A stretch of 40,529 nt of DNA. Source: Candidatus Thorarchaeota archaeon (GTDB lineage: Archaea; Asgardarchaeota; Thorarchaeia; Thorarchaeales; Thorarchaeaceae). Position numbers and translations under genes: made by a program. The notes under the pieces were generated by a model. It saw only the letters and a program-made list of their open reading frames with translations. It searched no databases and was not told the DNA's origin. Below, piece after piece: positions 16,183 through 26,520 of this stretch. The first letter of the stretch is position 1. Every line of letters begins with the position of its first letter. Location: NCBI GenBank assembly GCA_046482545.1, contig JAWOEX010000036.1, positions 1-40,529 on the forward strand. Direction: 5' to 3'.

Positions 16183-17247
16183 CTACTTCTCTGCTGATAA
16201 GACTACTGCGTCTTTAGGGTTGAAATAGAATCTCACTTCTTCCCCTCGCTTCTCTCTGAGCTTCGCAGCAATATCTGATTCTGTCACAAGAGCCACTAAG
16301 GGTTCTCGGACAAACTCCATCGTGACCTTGTAGGCTCCTATCTGTGGTGTTATCGAGCGAACTGTGGCTATTGACCCGCGAGCGTTGATATTTGGAAAGC
16401 TTATAGCCGCCGGCTTTACCGTAAAGATAACGGTCGATCCAATATCATATGACCCCTCTACCTTGAAGAGGCTATTTCCGACTCTAACCCGCGAAATTTT
16501 GTCTCCTTCTTCTTCCACAATCCCTGAGAAGATGTTTCCACTTCCCACAAATCTTGCTACGAATCTACTCTTAGGCTCATTGTATAGCTCGTCTGCTGTA
16601 CCTGTCTGAGCTATTGTACCGTCCTGTAGAACAGCAACTCTATCTGATACTGCAAACGCTTCTGTTTGACTGTGCGTTACGTAGATGGTGGTGATTCCCA
16701 ACTCGGTTTGGATTTTCCTAATCTCAACCTGAAGTCTTTCCTTGAGTATTGGGTCGAGATCCGAAAGGGGTTCATCTAGGAGGAGAAGTCGGGGGGATTT
16801 GGCTACAGCACGTGCAAGTGCTACTCGCTGTGCTTCACCTCCACTAACCTCATCAATATTCCTACCGAGAAGGTTCTGTATTCCAAACACCTCGCCAAGC
16901 TCCTCCACCCGAGCTATAATCTTTTCTCTGTTCCATCCTTCCATTTCGAGTCCAAATGCGATGTTATGAAACACATCCATATTGGGGAATAGGGCTATAG
17001 ATTGAAATACCATACCGATTCGCCGCTTAGTGGGATTTAGAAATGTGACATCTTCTCCGTCAAAGAGTAGTCTTCCACTATCAGGCTTAATGAATCCGGC
17101 AACCATTCTGAGAGTAGTTGTCTTTCCAGCCCCACTGGGGCCCAGTAGCGCCATCAATTCTCCATCTCTTATTGTCAGATTGATAGGACCAACTGTTGTA
17201 CCATCTCGGAATTCCCTTCTCATTCCAGCAATCTCAACTTTCACCAT
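16183..17247 (-). CDS. thiQ: ABC transporter ATP-binding subunit (thiamine, ThiQ-like)
   Basis: GPSGAGKT, VSGGEAQR, LLLDEP; C-terminal TOBE-like region; substrate inferred from context. Confidence 0.85.
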   Translation of the reverse strand: MVKVEIAGMRREFRDGTTVGPINLTIRDGELMALLGPSGAGKTTTLRMVAGFIKPDSGRLLFDGEDVTFLNPTKRRIGMVFQSIALFPNMDVFHNIAFGLEMEGWNREKIIARVEELGEVFGIQNLLGRNIDEVSGGEAQRVALARAVAKSPRLLLLDEPLSDLDPILKERLQVEIRKIQTELGITTIYVTHSQTEAFAVSDRVAVLQDGTIAQTGTADELYNEPKSRFVARFVGSGNIFSGIVEEEGDKISRVRVGNSLFKVEGSYDIGSTVIFTVKPAAISFPNINARGSIATVRSITPQIGAYKVTMEFVREPLVALVTESDIAAKLREKRGEEVRFYFNPKDAVVLSAEK

Positions 17248-18894
17248 CTAAAGCGCACCTCCGGCAGTCCTATCCGATAAACGCTCTATCGATAGGAAGG
17301 CTGCGGAACAACAGAGGGTAAGCACCAATGCAGCTGCCCCTGCTTCAACAAATTTCCGAACACCAAGATATTGGTAAATGGCCACGGCCAACGTAGTATT
17401 TTGTGGAAGCGCTATGAACAATGTGGCAGACATCTCACCGATTGCCATAGCGAAAGAAAACGTTGCGCCTACCAATATCCCCGGTGCAATCAATGGGAGT
17501 TCAAGAAAGAACAGTCTCTCTAATCTTGAAGCACCAAGCAAATCTGCTTGTTCAAGCAACGAACGGTCCATATCTTTTACTGCAATCTCGATGGATCTTA
17601 CAGTGAATGGCAGACCAATGATTGTCTGAGCGATTACAATGAGTGGCCACGGATTTGTGCTCAACCCGAGGGGTACTGCAACTGCTCTCATCAATCCATA
17701 TGCGAGGGTGATGGATGATATGCCTAAGGGCAAAAATGTCATAGCCGATGTGATGGTGGCAACTCTGGAATGATCAAATCGTTGCCGATACGCCAGTGGT
17801 ATGGCAATTAGAACCGCAAAAAACGTTGACAGTGTAGCGTAGAACAAAGAGTTCAGCAGGGGTTGGAGCCCTTTTCCTGTACCCAACTGGGCTAGATTCG
17901 TGAAGCCCCGAATAGTAAATTCCTCTGTAATCGGACTGTAAAACGCGGCTCCGAAGACAGACACTACCGGTCCTACAATCAAGATTGATACGAATGCGGT
18001 ATATAGTACGGTAAAAATCTGGGTATTCCTGCTAAGGTTCTGAAACGAAACCGTCTTCACGGCTCTTGTTTGTCCAGTTGCATCGCCGCCTGACCTGCCA
18101 ATATTGACATACCAATATGCGAGAATCATGGTGATTACTAGCTGTATCAGCGCTAAGGAGCTGGCTTCTCCGTAATCAGCCAAACGAAATGCATTCCAGA
18201 TTCGTACTTCCATTGTTGCATAGCGTCCTTGCCCAAGAGCAAGCACAATAGGAAATGACATGAAACAGAACAAGAAAGTAAGAAGGGCTGCCGCAACAAT
18301 TGACTGCATGATATGAGGCATGATGATGCGCTTGAATTTCTGTATTGAGTTTGCTCCAAGGATATCGGCGCTTTCCTCGATCTCCGGGCTTAGTCTTTCG
18401 AGCGAAGCTGAAACGATGAGGGCAACTAATGGTATGTTGTAGAAGACATGGGCAAGTACTATTCCAGTAAAGCCGGATGCTAGATTCAACACTGATGAAT
18501 CAGCCATGAACACTGTCACGAGAATCGAATCAATGAATCCGCCTTGACCGAACATTCGTAAAAAGCCAACAACAACGACAATAGGCGGCAAGACAAAAGG
18601 AATGAGCATAGCAGCTTGAACAAATCCTTTCCCACGAAATTCTAGCTTGGCAAGTATGATACCCGCAGGCAGCCCAAGCAGTACCGTAACGATTGTACTA
18701 ACTAGTGCTTGGATGACTGTAAATCCAAAAACGCGATGCGTAACTGATGATACCCAAACCTCAAGGAATGACGATCCCGGCCCAGTAACGAGCCCCCTGA
18801 CAAGCACTGATGATACAGGGTAGATGAGGAAGATGAGGAGCAGTAAGATGGGAATCCCAATGATGGCATACCGAGTGACAGACTGCGTATCCAT
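17248..18894 (-). CDS. thiP: ABC transporter permease (ThiP/FbpB type, duplicated domain)
   Basis: Two EAA loops (EESADILGA, EQADLLGA); many TM helices; LAHVFYNIPL. Confidence 0.87.
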   Translation of the reverse strand: MDTQSVTRYAIIGIPILLLLIFLIYPVSSVLVRGLVTGPGSSFLEVWVSSVTHRVFGFTVIQALVSTIVTVLLGLPAGIILAKLEFRGKGFVQAAMLIPFVLPPIVVVVGFLRMFGQGGFIDSILVTVFMADSSVLNLASGFTGIVLAHVFYNIPLVALIVSASLERLSPEIEESADILGANSIQKFKRIIMPHIMQSIVAAALLTFLFCFMSFPIVLALGQGRYATMEVRIWNAFRLADYGEASSLALIQLVITMILAYWYVNIGRSGGDATGQTRAVKTVSFQNLSRNTQIFTVLYTAFVSILIVGPVVSVFGAAFYSPITEEFTIRGFTNLAQLGTGKGLQPLLNSLFYATLSTFFAVLIAIPLAYRQRFDHSRVATITSAMTFLPLGISSITLAYGLMRAVAVPLGLSTNPWPLIVIAQTIIGLPFTVRSIEIAVKDMDRSLLEQADLLGASRLERLFFLELPLIAPGILVGATFSFAMAIGEMSATLFIALPQNTTLAVAIYQYLGVRKFVEAGAAALVLTLCCSAAFLSIERLSDRTAGGAL

Positions 18895-18909
18895 TATAGT
18901 ACTCCTCTA

Positions 18910-20040
18910 CTACGCAGTCATAATACTTTCCCACGTATCAAGCCAAGACGCAAGATTCGTTGCAATCTCATTTCTGGTAAGAAGGGTATTGAGCATGTTT
19001 ATTTCGTCTGGGTGAAGAGCATATTCGAATGCAGGATCCAACTCGACAGATCCGTTCACTGGATACATCCATTGATTGAGCGCAATATGTGATTGGACGT
19101 TTGCGCTAAGGCAGTATTGAATGAATGCCTTTGCTATTTCGGGATGCGGTCCTCCTTTGACGAGGCCCATACCTTCGATTTGTACCCATGCATAGTCCTG
19201 ATTATTGTGAACGAATGGTGCAACCCCTGTGGTTGGTTCTTCACCTGTCATATAGGCATCATAGGCCGGGTCTGTTCCGTAGCTGACAAGTAGACTCCTT
19301 GACTCGTCACTATCCCACTTGCTCCATGCTTCCGACCATCCTTCTTGAACATCGATGTTATCCTTAACTTCACTCCACCAGTCGGTCCAGTCTTCTTCTT
19401 CGAGTTTCTCTTGCACTGCAATTTCAGTCAGAAGGAAGCTCAAGCCAGGGCTACTCATCTGTGGATTCTCAGTAACCAGACTTGATGCCATCTCAGCAAG
19501 GCCAGCAAAGGTGAGATTGGCTAATTGGGGATGGCTTGTAACATTCATGTCTGCCATGGAGTAGATTAGGGTAACTAAACCGTAGTCAAAAGGTACAACG
19601 TAATGGTCAGGGTCAAGTGCACTCACCAAATCCAATGACGTGTTTGACAGAGCCTCCTCCAAATTGGGTGGAACATAAGACTCCAATACAGTTTTCGCGT
19701 CTTCCCGGAGTATTAGGATATTATCAATCCCAATGACAACATCTGCCACCGGATTCTCTTGTTCTGCAACTAGTCGTGAAAGAATTCCACTGGCGTCTGT
19801 TTGAAGCCGTTCAATTTCAACCTCAATCCCGTACTCCTTTTCAAAAGCAGCAAAGAGCTCTTCATCAATGCCTTCTGGGTCGGGTCCCCAGACCATGAAG
19901 CTGTCATAGGTATAGACCCTGAACTTCGGCCGAGGCCAATTGAGAACACCATACACAGATACTCCTATGACAACGATAACCAATATTACCGCAACTACTC
20001 GCTTTGGGTCCCGCCTTGGACTGTATTCACTTTCTGACAT
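18910..20040 (-). CDS. thiB: Thiamine ABC transporter substrate-binding protein
   Basis: N-terminal membrane anchor; VYTYDSF..WGP, ADVVIGIDN, PFDYG, SSPG, VSYGTDPAY and QWMYPV (TbpA signatures). Confidence 0.9.
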   Translation of the reverse strand: MSESEYSPRRDPKRVVAVILVIVVIGVSVYGVLNWPRPKFRVYTYDSFMVWGPDPEGIDEELFAAFEKEYGIEVEIERLQTDASGILSRLVAEQENPVADVVIGIDNILILREDAKTVLESYVPPNLEEALSNTSLDLVSALDPDHYVVPFDYGLVTLIYSMADMNVTSHPQLANLTFAGLAEMASSLVTENPQMSSPGLSFLLTEIAVQEKLEEEDWTDWWSEVKDNIDVQEGWSEAWSKWDSDESRSLLVSYGTDPAYDAYMTGEEPTTGVAPFVHNNQDYAWVQIEGMGLVKGGPHPEIAKAFIQYCLSANVQSHIALNQWMYPVNGSVELDPAFEYALHPDEINMLNTLLTRNEIATNLASWLDTWESIMTA

Positions 20041-20070
20041 ACTGAACTACCACCTTTATATGTCTGTTAT

Positions 20071-20083
20071 ACAACTAAGTTAT
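20071..20083. promoter_or_regulatory. Candidate ThiR operator
   Basis: Palindrome AACT-A-AGTT (20073-20081) between divergent TATA-like boxes (20054-20061 on +, 20096-20103 on -). Confidence 0.4.
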
Positions 20084-20125
20084 GAGTGTGTACTAGTTAA
20101 ATAGTTTCTGTTGGTGATACAAACA

Positions 20126-21043
20126 ATGCGTCCTCCATGTGAAATAGTGATTAAGGAGATCTTGCCAAGAATCAGGGCCGGTGTGGCACAACGCCTAAGC
20201 GACCAAGATATGTCTCAAAATGAAATTGGGGAGAGTCTGGGTATTACACAAGCCGCTGTCAGCAAATATCTTGGCGATGCTCCTGAACCAGACGAGAATC
20301 TGGAGACATTGATAGACGACCTCTCTATGATGATACTCACTGGGTCTAATCGTCCCGACAGAATGGTGAAGGCCATTTGCAAAACATGCATGTACTTGCG
20401 AATAGGGTCTTCTACATGTCGTAGACATAGAGAACTGATTCCCGTTCTCGAAGAAGTAGATTGCAGGACATGTTCGGAATTGCTTGGTGACCAAGAGAAG
20501 GAATTTTCGAACCGCGCTGAGCTCTTACAGAACATGGAAGAAGCTGTGCGAATCATCGAAGATACTCCGGATTTCGGCAAGCTAATTCCGCAAGTCCGAG
20601 CAAATCTTGCAGCATGCGAATCGTCACCCGAGTCTATCCAAGATGTTGTTAGCATACCCGGCAGGATAACCCTGTTGAAGAATCATGCTCATGCTGTAGG
20701 GGCTCCTGAATTCGGGTCATCGAGGCATACAGCCAAGATTCTGCTTTGGGGACACGAAGTTCATGATAGGATACGCTCGTGTTTTTGCCTAAGTGGACGA
20801 ACCGAGGTTAGGGATGCTGCCGAAAATGTAGGTTTCCAGATCACTATATTGGAGAAAGCTGCTCGAACATCTGGGGACATAATTAAACAATCACGGATCC
20901 TTGTGGCTTCTAGGGGTTTTGATTCGGAGTATGCAGCCGTATATGTTCCTCGGGGGCATGGAATAGAGCCTATTCTGTACCTCTTTGGTCCTGGGCCTGT
21001 ACCACTAGCAAATAAATGTAGGAAGATGGCAGACTCATTATAA
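20126..21043 (+). CDS. thiR: ThiR-type regulator (HTH plus ThiN-like thiamine-phosphate-binding domain)
   Basis: MRPPCE start, SQNEIGESLGITQAAVSKYL HTH, LIPQVRANL..SIPGRIT..PEFGSSRHTA..GHGIEPILY; divergent from thiBPQ. Confidence 0.85.
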   Translation: MRPPCEIVIKEILPRIRAGVAQRLSDQDMSQNEIGESLGITQAAVSKYLGDAPEPDENLETLIDDLSMMILTGSNRPDRMVKAICKTCMYLRIGSSTCRRHRELIPVLEEVDCRTCSELLGDQEKEFSNRAELLQNMEEAVRIIEDTPDFGKLIPQVRANLAACESSPESIQDVVSIPGRITLLKNHAHAVGAPEFGSSRHTAKILLWGHEVHDRIRSCFCLSGRTEVRDAAENVGFQITILEKAARTSGDIIKQSRILVASRGFDSEYAAVYVPRGHGIEPILYLFGPGPVPLANKCRKMADSL

Positions 21044-21115
21044 CTGTACACATCATACTTACCCTAAAATTGAGGCATTAGCTCTCCTCATTACAGTTAC
21101 TTGAGATGTTACAAA

Positions 21116-21958
21116 ATGATTATCCGCAAAGGCAAGATGTGGGACAGCAACGACCTGCTGACTGTTTACCAAACCACAAGATGGTCAGAAGAGTACACCT
21201 CTGAAGAGGTTAAAGAAGAACACCGTCTTGTAGGATTGGAACGCTGGGGATGGCTTGTTGCTGAGAAAGGCGACCAGGTTATTGGAGAAATCATATTCAG
21301 GGCAGAGCCAACGCCACAAAAAGGACTTGTGGGCGTAATCAGAAGCATTGATGTGGATATTCGTTTCCAGAAGCAGGGTGTAGGCTGCGAGTTGGTTGCA
21401 GAAGCAGAACGTATTCTGAAAGATAAAAGTGTCCAAAGAATAATGGTTCGTTCCCCTCCTTCTGCCTATAATTTTTGGATGAAACTTGGCTATTTTGCTA
21501 GAGGTTCACTCACATGGATTGAGGATGAAATAGATAATATCCCAATAATGCGAACATCTAGCATTTCAACACATCGACTGAAAGATTTTGACGGATTGCC
21601 GGACACAATTGCATTCTCAAATCTAGCCCTTGCCGACTCCTTAGCAAAAACGGTAAGTGACGTTGTTGATAAAGGAAAGGTTGGTCGGGTATTTGAATTT
21701 CGAAAAGAGAAGGAACCAATTGGGTCTGGCGTGATTGTCAAGAGAGATGCAAAAAGGGCAGAATTTGTTGCGGATGTACTGCCGAGAGCAACAGATTTCT
21801 TCCCTGTAATTATCAGTAGAACTGCCAGAGCGGCAAGTGGCTGGACCACTGAGACCGCTTTTAGTGTTGTACCTGAGGATTCGCTGGGATCATTTATCAA
21901 ATCTGGCACATGGGATATTCAGGAAGCACACGATATCCCGGTAACGAAGCTTCTGTAA
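21116..21958 (+). CDS. GNAT family N-acetyltransferase with C-terminal extension
   Basis: IDVDIRFQKQGVG acetyl-CoA motif A and NFWMKLGY; start could be 21101 or 21116. Confidence 0.8.
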   Translation: MIIRKGKMWDSNDLLTVYQTTRWSEEYTSEEVKEEHRLVGLERWGWLVAEKGDQVIGEIIFRAEPTPQKGLVGVIRSIDVDIRFQKQGVGCELVAEAERILKDKSVQRIMVRSPPSAYNFWMKLGYFARGSLTWIEDEIDNIPIMRTSSISTHRLKDFDGLPDTIAFSNLALADSLAKTVSDVVDKGKVGRVFEFRKEKEPIGSGVIVKRDAKRAEFVADVLPRATDFFPVIISRTARAASGWTTETAFSVVPEDSLGSFIKSGTWDIQEAHDIPVTKLL

Positions 21959-21961
21959 TCG

Positions 21962-23545
21962 CTATTCGTTCTCAGAGATTCCCATGACTAATGGGACCAC
22001 CCAGTTCGTGAATACGAGAGTTGACCCTATGGCCCATATGCTGCCGAGATTGAAGTGCCATATCAGGAGTGGGATGGTGTTAATACCCAAGACAACAAAC
22101 AGTCCCAGAAAAGCTGCGAAGAAGATCACATCAACCACCATCACCGGTCTAAGCGGTTGCCCCTTTCTCTTTCTCCATAGGGGAATCAAAATTGCTGCTC
22201 CAAACAAACCTATTGCACTTACTAACTCCTCCATCTTGAAGCTTGCAAATCCAAATATCTCCGTTGTTTCAGCAGTTTCACCCTCAGGGGTGGTCACAAT
22301 GACCTTCACATCATGTTCCCATTTGCTGTAGTTATTCGTGTCGATGTAGAACGTATACTGTCCTGTGGGTACGGTCTTGTTTGTTAGGCCTGAAACGGGA
22401 CTATCATCGACATAGACGGTTATATTGACGGTATCCCATTTCGTTTCGATGTTTATGGTAAACTCCGCCATACCAGCGACAATATCAGTGGTCGGTGATT
22501 CGAAGGATATCTTAGGAACACCAAAATTGTCGATAACCAGAATCATGCTGGATACCCATTTGTGACCATATGCGTCATATGCTTTGAAAGTAAAGCTGGT
22601 TTCACCCTCTGAGTAGGGTGTCGTATTGAGCGTAAAGGAACTACGCCCCTGTGGAAGCGTAATATTGTTAACATCTGGCGCAATTACGCCCTCAACATAG
22701 GCTGAGAATGTCACGTTATCATAAGGTGTGAATACTTTTACGGATATTTCATGATTCCCAGAAATTTTGCTGTACATGGCAAGACCAGAAATGGCAAATC
22801 TGACGTGGTCTAGAAACTCGAGTTGAAGATTGGCTGAATCAGTAAGGCCCTCCTCGGTATAGACTGTCATTTCTATCTGGTGTATTCCATTTTGAAAATC
22901 GCTACCGTTAATCATTACACTATAATTTCCGCCTGTAACGGGCACGGATGCTGGGCTATAATTGGTTAGGAGTTTTCCACCGACGCTTACGTTGAGAAAC
23001 ACCGAGTCATAATCTGAAGTAATGTTTACGGTTACAGAATCCAAGCCAGTGAAGGTGGAATTTTCCGCAGGTGCTAAGACTTCAATCATGGGTGGACCAT
23101 GATTATTTACTAGAAATGAAAGCGAAAAGCTCTCTTTTTCGGGGCTTTCTAAATCCTGATTTACGAACAGAAAAGTGAAATTGCCGTTTCCTTCAGACAA
23201 AGTGGTTGTATCTACTGTAACGTTTTGTTCGCCCGTGTCAATCGGAGTGTTGTTGTAATCAGGATATACTTCTCCGTTCGTGTACAGTGTTACGTTGAGC
23301 GAACCTGCCAAGCTTGTGATGTTCAGAGTGATGTTTGTAAGTCCCGACACTTCAGTGTTGTTAGCTGGGGCGATAAGGGTGATAGTGATATTCTCAGAAT
23401 CGAATCCGGTTGTTACGTGCGAATCGGAGATGGAAACCGGGAACGTACTCTCTGGTGCTGTCTGGAAACTGCTTTGAGGTTGGATTGCTCCAAGAAGAAC
23501 CATTGACACTACGAGGGCTATCACGAATATCTTCCTGTTTCTCAT
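21962..23545 (-). CDS. Cell-surface glycoprotein with four Ig-like repeats and C-terminal TM helices
   Basis: Signal peptide; four ~95-aa beta-rich repeats; many N-x-S/T sequons; hydrophobic C-terminus. Confidence 0.8.
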   Translation of the reverse strand: MRNRKIFVIALVVSMVLLGAIQPQSSFQTAPESTFPVSISDSHVTTGFDSENITITLIAPANNTEVSGLTNITLNITSLAGSLNVTLYTNGEVYPDYNNTPIDTGEQNVTVDTTTLSEGNGNFTFLFVNQDLESPEKESFSLSFLVNNHGPPMIEVLAPAENSTFTGLDSVTVNITSDYDSVFLNVSVGGKLLTNYSPASVPVTGGNYSVMINGSDFQNGIHQIEMTVYTEEGLTDSANLQLEFLDHVRFAISGLAMYSKISGNHEISVKVFTPYDNVTFSAYVEGVIAPDVNNITLPQGRSSFTLNTTPYSEGETSFTFKAYDAYGHKWVSSMILVIDNFGVPKISFESPTTDIVAGMAEFTINIETKWDTVNITVYVDDSPVSGLTNKTVPTGQYTFYIDTNNYSKWEHDVKVIVTTPEGETAETTEIFGFASFKMEELVSAIGLFGAAILIPLWRKRKGQPLRPVMVVDVIFFAAFLGLFVVLGINTIPLLIWHFNLGSIWAIGSTLVFTNWVVPLVMGISENE

Positions 23546-23709
23546 AAAGTATCCTTCCTGATACTAACGAAGCGAAGCTTGGCGCTTGTGGGTGAGTTCG
23601 AGGTGAGTTTTTAAAGATAGCGCCAGTTTCATTCCTGTACGATGCTCCGTGAAATTTACTAGAGGTAATCGCTTATCTACTAACAGATAGCTTCTACCCA
23701 TATAGAAAT

Positions 23710-24678
23710 GTGGTCAACAAAGGAGCACTTGATTTGAAAGGCATAATAACCAAAATAGAGAGATGCTCAACTGAGGATGGTCCTGGGATACGGACAACAC
23801 TCTTTCTAAAGGGATGCCCAATGAGCTGTCTCTGGTGTCACAATGTAGAAGCCATTGATGATGAATTGCAACTTGTATGGCACAAATCCAAGTGTATTGG
23901 TGATCGAGCGTGTATTCAAGCTTGCCACCACGATGCCCTAGATTTAACTGGGCATGGTATGAATATCGATTATGAAAAATGTGTCCTATGTGGGGCATGT
24001 GAGGCAGCATGTCCATCAGGGGCATTAGAAATCATCGGTACAGAGTGGTCGGCAAAGAAGCTGGTTGAAGAGCTCGCTCGTGATGCTGTGTTTTTCGAGA
24101 AATCAGGTGGCGGTGTTACTTTCTCAGGGGGAGAACCTACACACCAACTAGATTTCGTGGAAGATGTTGCCAAAGGCCTTCATGAAATGGGGATACACGT
24201 TGCTCTCGATACTTGTGGATACTGTTCAGAAAAGGAAATGCTGCGAGTAGTCAATAATGTGGACTTGGTTCTATATGATCTAAAAGTCTTAGACCCACAG
24301 AAACACAGGCAATACACCGGGGTTTCTCTTGATATCGTAGTTTCTAACGCTCGCCTAATCGCAGACCGCGGCATTCCTGCTTGGGTGCGCACGCCAGTAG
24401 TCCCGGGCTATACTGACTCTGACCAGAATATCATAAGCATTGCCCGGTTTATTCGGGAAAATATGCCTAATGTGCGGCGATACGACCTTTTAGCCTTTAA
24501 TCGTATGTGCACTGAGAAATACCATTTGATTGGGCGAGAGTTCCCCCTATCAAACGCTCCCTTGATGACCAAAGACCGCATGGACGAGCTGGCTGATTTA
24601 GCTCGGGCTCAGGGGCTCAAAATAGTAGAATGGTCAGGCATGATTCGAAGAAAAGAAGGACGGGATGCTATATCGTGA
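23710..24678 (+). CDS. Glycyl-radical enzyme activating protein (radical SAM with ferredoxin insert)
   Basis: EDGPGIRTTLFLKGCPMSCLWCHN, CVLCGACEAACP, GGVTFSGGEP, DTCG. Confidence 0.92.
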   Translation: MVNKGALDLKGIITKIERCSTEDGPGIRTTLFLKGCPMSCLWCHNVEAIDDELQLVWHKSKCIGDRACIQACHHDALDLTGHGMNIDYEKCVLCGACEAACPSGALEIIGTEWSAKKLVEELARDAVFFEKSGGGVTFSGGEPTHQLDFVEDVAKGLHEMGIHVALDTCGYCSEKEMLRVVNNVDLVLYDLKVLDPQKHRQYTGVSLDIVVSNARLIADRGIPAWVRTPVVPGYTDSDQNIISIARFIRENMPNVRRYDLLAFNRMCTEKYHLIGREFPLSNAPLMTKDRMDELADLARAQGLKIVEWSGMIRRKEGRDAIS

Positions 24679-25205
24679 AGACATGGACGTTCGATTGCAA
24701 GGATGACCGCTCTGTATTCATTCGACATGCAAAGGTATCCGATGGGAGGAGCATGTATGAGGGATTTGCAGAGGTAGTTGAAGAGCAGAAGTGGTTGCCT
24801 ATCTTAGAGACTAGTTCTAGTCTCAACCAATGGCTGGAATGGATTGATAGAAGCAGAAGCACACGGGACATAATCCTTGTTGCCTTCATAGATGAAACTT
24901 ACGTTGGCCACTTGACATTGAGACCTGAGCAATGGGCGGCTTCAGAGCATGTATGCAGACTTGGCATCATTGTTCGAAAGGCCTTTCGAAATACGGGTGT
25001 TGGCAGAGCATTGATGACCACTGCTGAAGAAGCTGCTGTTCTTGAAGAATATGAGAAGATTGTGTTGAGCACCTTGGCTGATAATGCAACAGCCTTGGCT
25101 TTGTATCGCTCGCTGAACTACCGCACAATTGGCATTCGAAAGGACCAATTCAAGATGCCCAGCGGATATGTGGATCAAGTACTTTTCGAGAAAAAATTGG
25201 TATAG
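24675..25205 (+). CDS. GNAT family N-acetyltransferase
   Basis: GIIVRKAFRNTGVG, NATALALYRSLNY; GTG start overlaps the activase stop (GTGA). Confidence 0.85.
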   Translation: MKTWTFDCKDDRSVFIRHAKVSDGRSMYEGFAEVVEEQKWLPILETSSSLNQWLEWIDRSRSTRDIILVAFIDETYVGHLTLRPEQWAASEHVCRLGIIVRKAFRNTGVGRALMTTAEEAAVLEEYEKIVLSTLADNATALALYRSLNYRTIGIRKDQFKMPSGYVDQVLFEKKLV

Positions 25206-25336
25206 CTCCTGTAACAACCAAATACGAAAGCAACATATATCTGGATGGCTACGTCTACTCGACTCTATCTGAAAATCTAAGCTCGTACTTGCATTGGAAA
25301 CCACACTGAAAATATCTATGGGTTTGAGGTGCGATT

Positions 25337-25846
25337 ATGTGGAAGAAAATACGTGAGAAATTTGAAGACTATCCTCAGCGGTTAGTCGTTGCACAGGAGA
25401 TAGTCCGTCACGGGCTCCGGATTATGGGACCAGGTGTTGTAAAATGCGGTGATATCGGGATTTCGTTGACGGCTATCGGTGATGCGGTCGGTGTTGATAG
25501 GCGTACTGTGAGGTCAATGACAGAAGATGTCTGTGCTGATGACGAGCTGTGCAAATTCTTTTCACGTTTGAAACCTGCTGGTCCATCTTTGGAGAACGTG
25601 TGCGAGGTTTTTGGGTACGGATTTGTCAAGATTTACGTAGAATCGCCAGAGAACCCCGGAATCCTGTCAGATGTAACTGCAACCATTGCAGGTCGTGGTG
25701 TGGCGATTCGCCAAGTATTAGCAGAAGATGTAGCCATCTATAGAGAACCCTGTCTAAAGGTAATCACTCAGAAACCTTTGCGCGGAGCGATTATCGAAAC
25801 GCTGTCACGCATAGAGGGAGTGACTCGAGTCATTATCGAAAACTGA
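25337..25846 (+). CDS. ACT-domain regulator of amino-acid metabolism (COG2150-like)
   Basis: IGDAVGVDRRTV HTH-like motif and PGILSDVTATIA..GVAIRQV ACT domain. Confidence 0.85.
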   Translation: MWKKIREKFEDYPQRLVVAQEIVRHGLRIMGPGVVKCGDIGISLTAIGDAVGVDRRTVRSMTEDVCADDELCKFFSRLKPAGPSLENVCEVFGYGFVKIYVESPENPGILSDVTATIAGRGVAIRQVLAEDVAIYREPCLKVITQKPLRGAIIETLSRIEGVTRVIIEN

Positions 25847-26351
25847 AGTCCTTTTCCTTAAGACTGAACTCTGAGGATTGATGGGAGCTTTATCGTGCTT
25901 CTTGGGTGACACCGCTCAAGACAACGGAATCTATATCGGAGTATGAACCATCTACCATACCTCGGAGTGGCGCTCTGCGACAAGTCTTGGTGACTACAAT
26001 CTCGCTTTGCATGTTTCAAATTGGTTTCGGAATCGTCAAACCTGCTCTCCGTACTGAATTTCTGTTGTTGGAATCTGTATAACAGAATTGCGTGTTGGTG
26101 GTGCGTACTTTTCGTACTCAAGAATAACATTTGTAGATTCGCTTGGTAGTCTTTCGGATAGTAGAAGTTGCTGGTCAGTTATGCTTGCTACTCTGTTAGG
26201 CTTTCCTTGACGAGTGTTATGTACATGTTTGTGGCCCATCTGGGTTATGGATTCAACAAGAATGATTTAAAAAAATGTTTCAGCCGCCCCTTATCCAGCA
26301 GGAATCGCACAGGTTTCTGATGCGATGTTTTAGCATAATCGTGAAACGGGG

Positions 26352-26459
26352 ATGAGCTATCTGAGTACTGGCAACATGGTGGGCTTAGCTATTGGTCTTA
26401 TTGCAGGTGCTGTATCTCTGGTTGGGAAGATACGACTTCTCTTCGCCTTGGAGATATAA
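26352..26459 (+). CDS. Possible 35-aa single-TM microprotein
   Basis: MSYLSTGNMVGLAIGLIAGAVSLVGKIRLLFALEI*; shorter than any ORF in the supplied track. Confidence 0.25.
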   Translation: MSYLSTGNMVGLAIGLIAGAVSLVGKIRLLFALEI

Positions 26460-26520
26460 CTGCTGACCACAGCCCAACTGTCCATAATGTAGATAGAACG
26501 CAATCTGTTCGTGAGTAGAT

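Noticed and set aside
20041-20110. TPP riboswitch upstream of thiB
   Set aside because: Region is short and AT-rich and lacks the CUGAGA core
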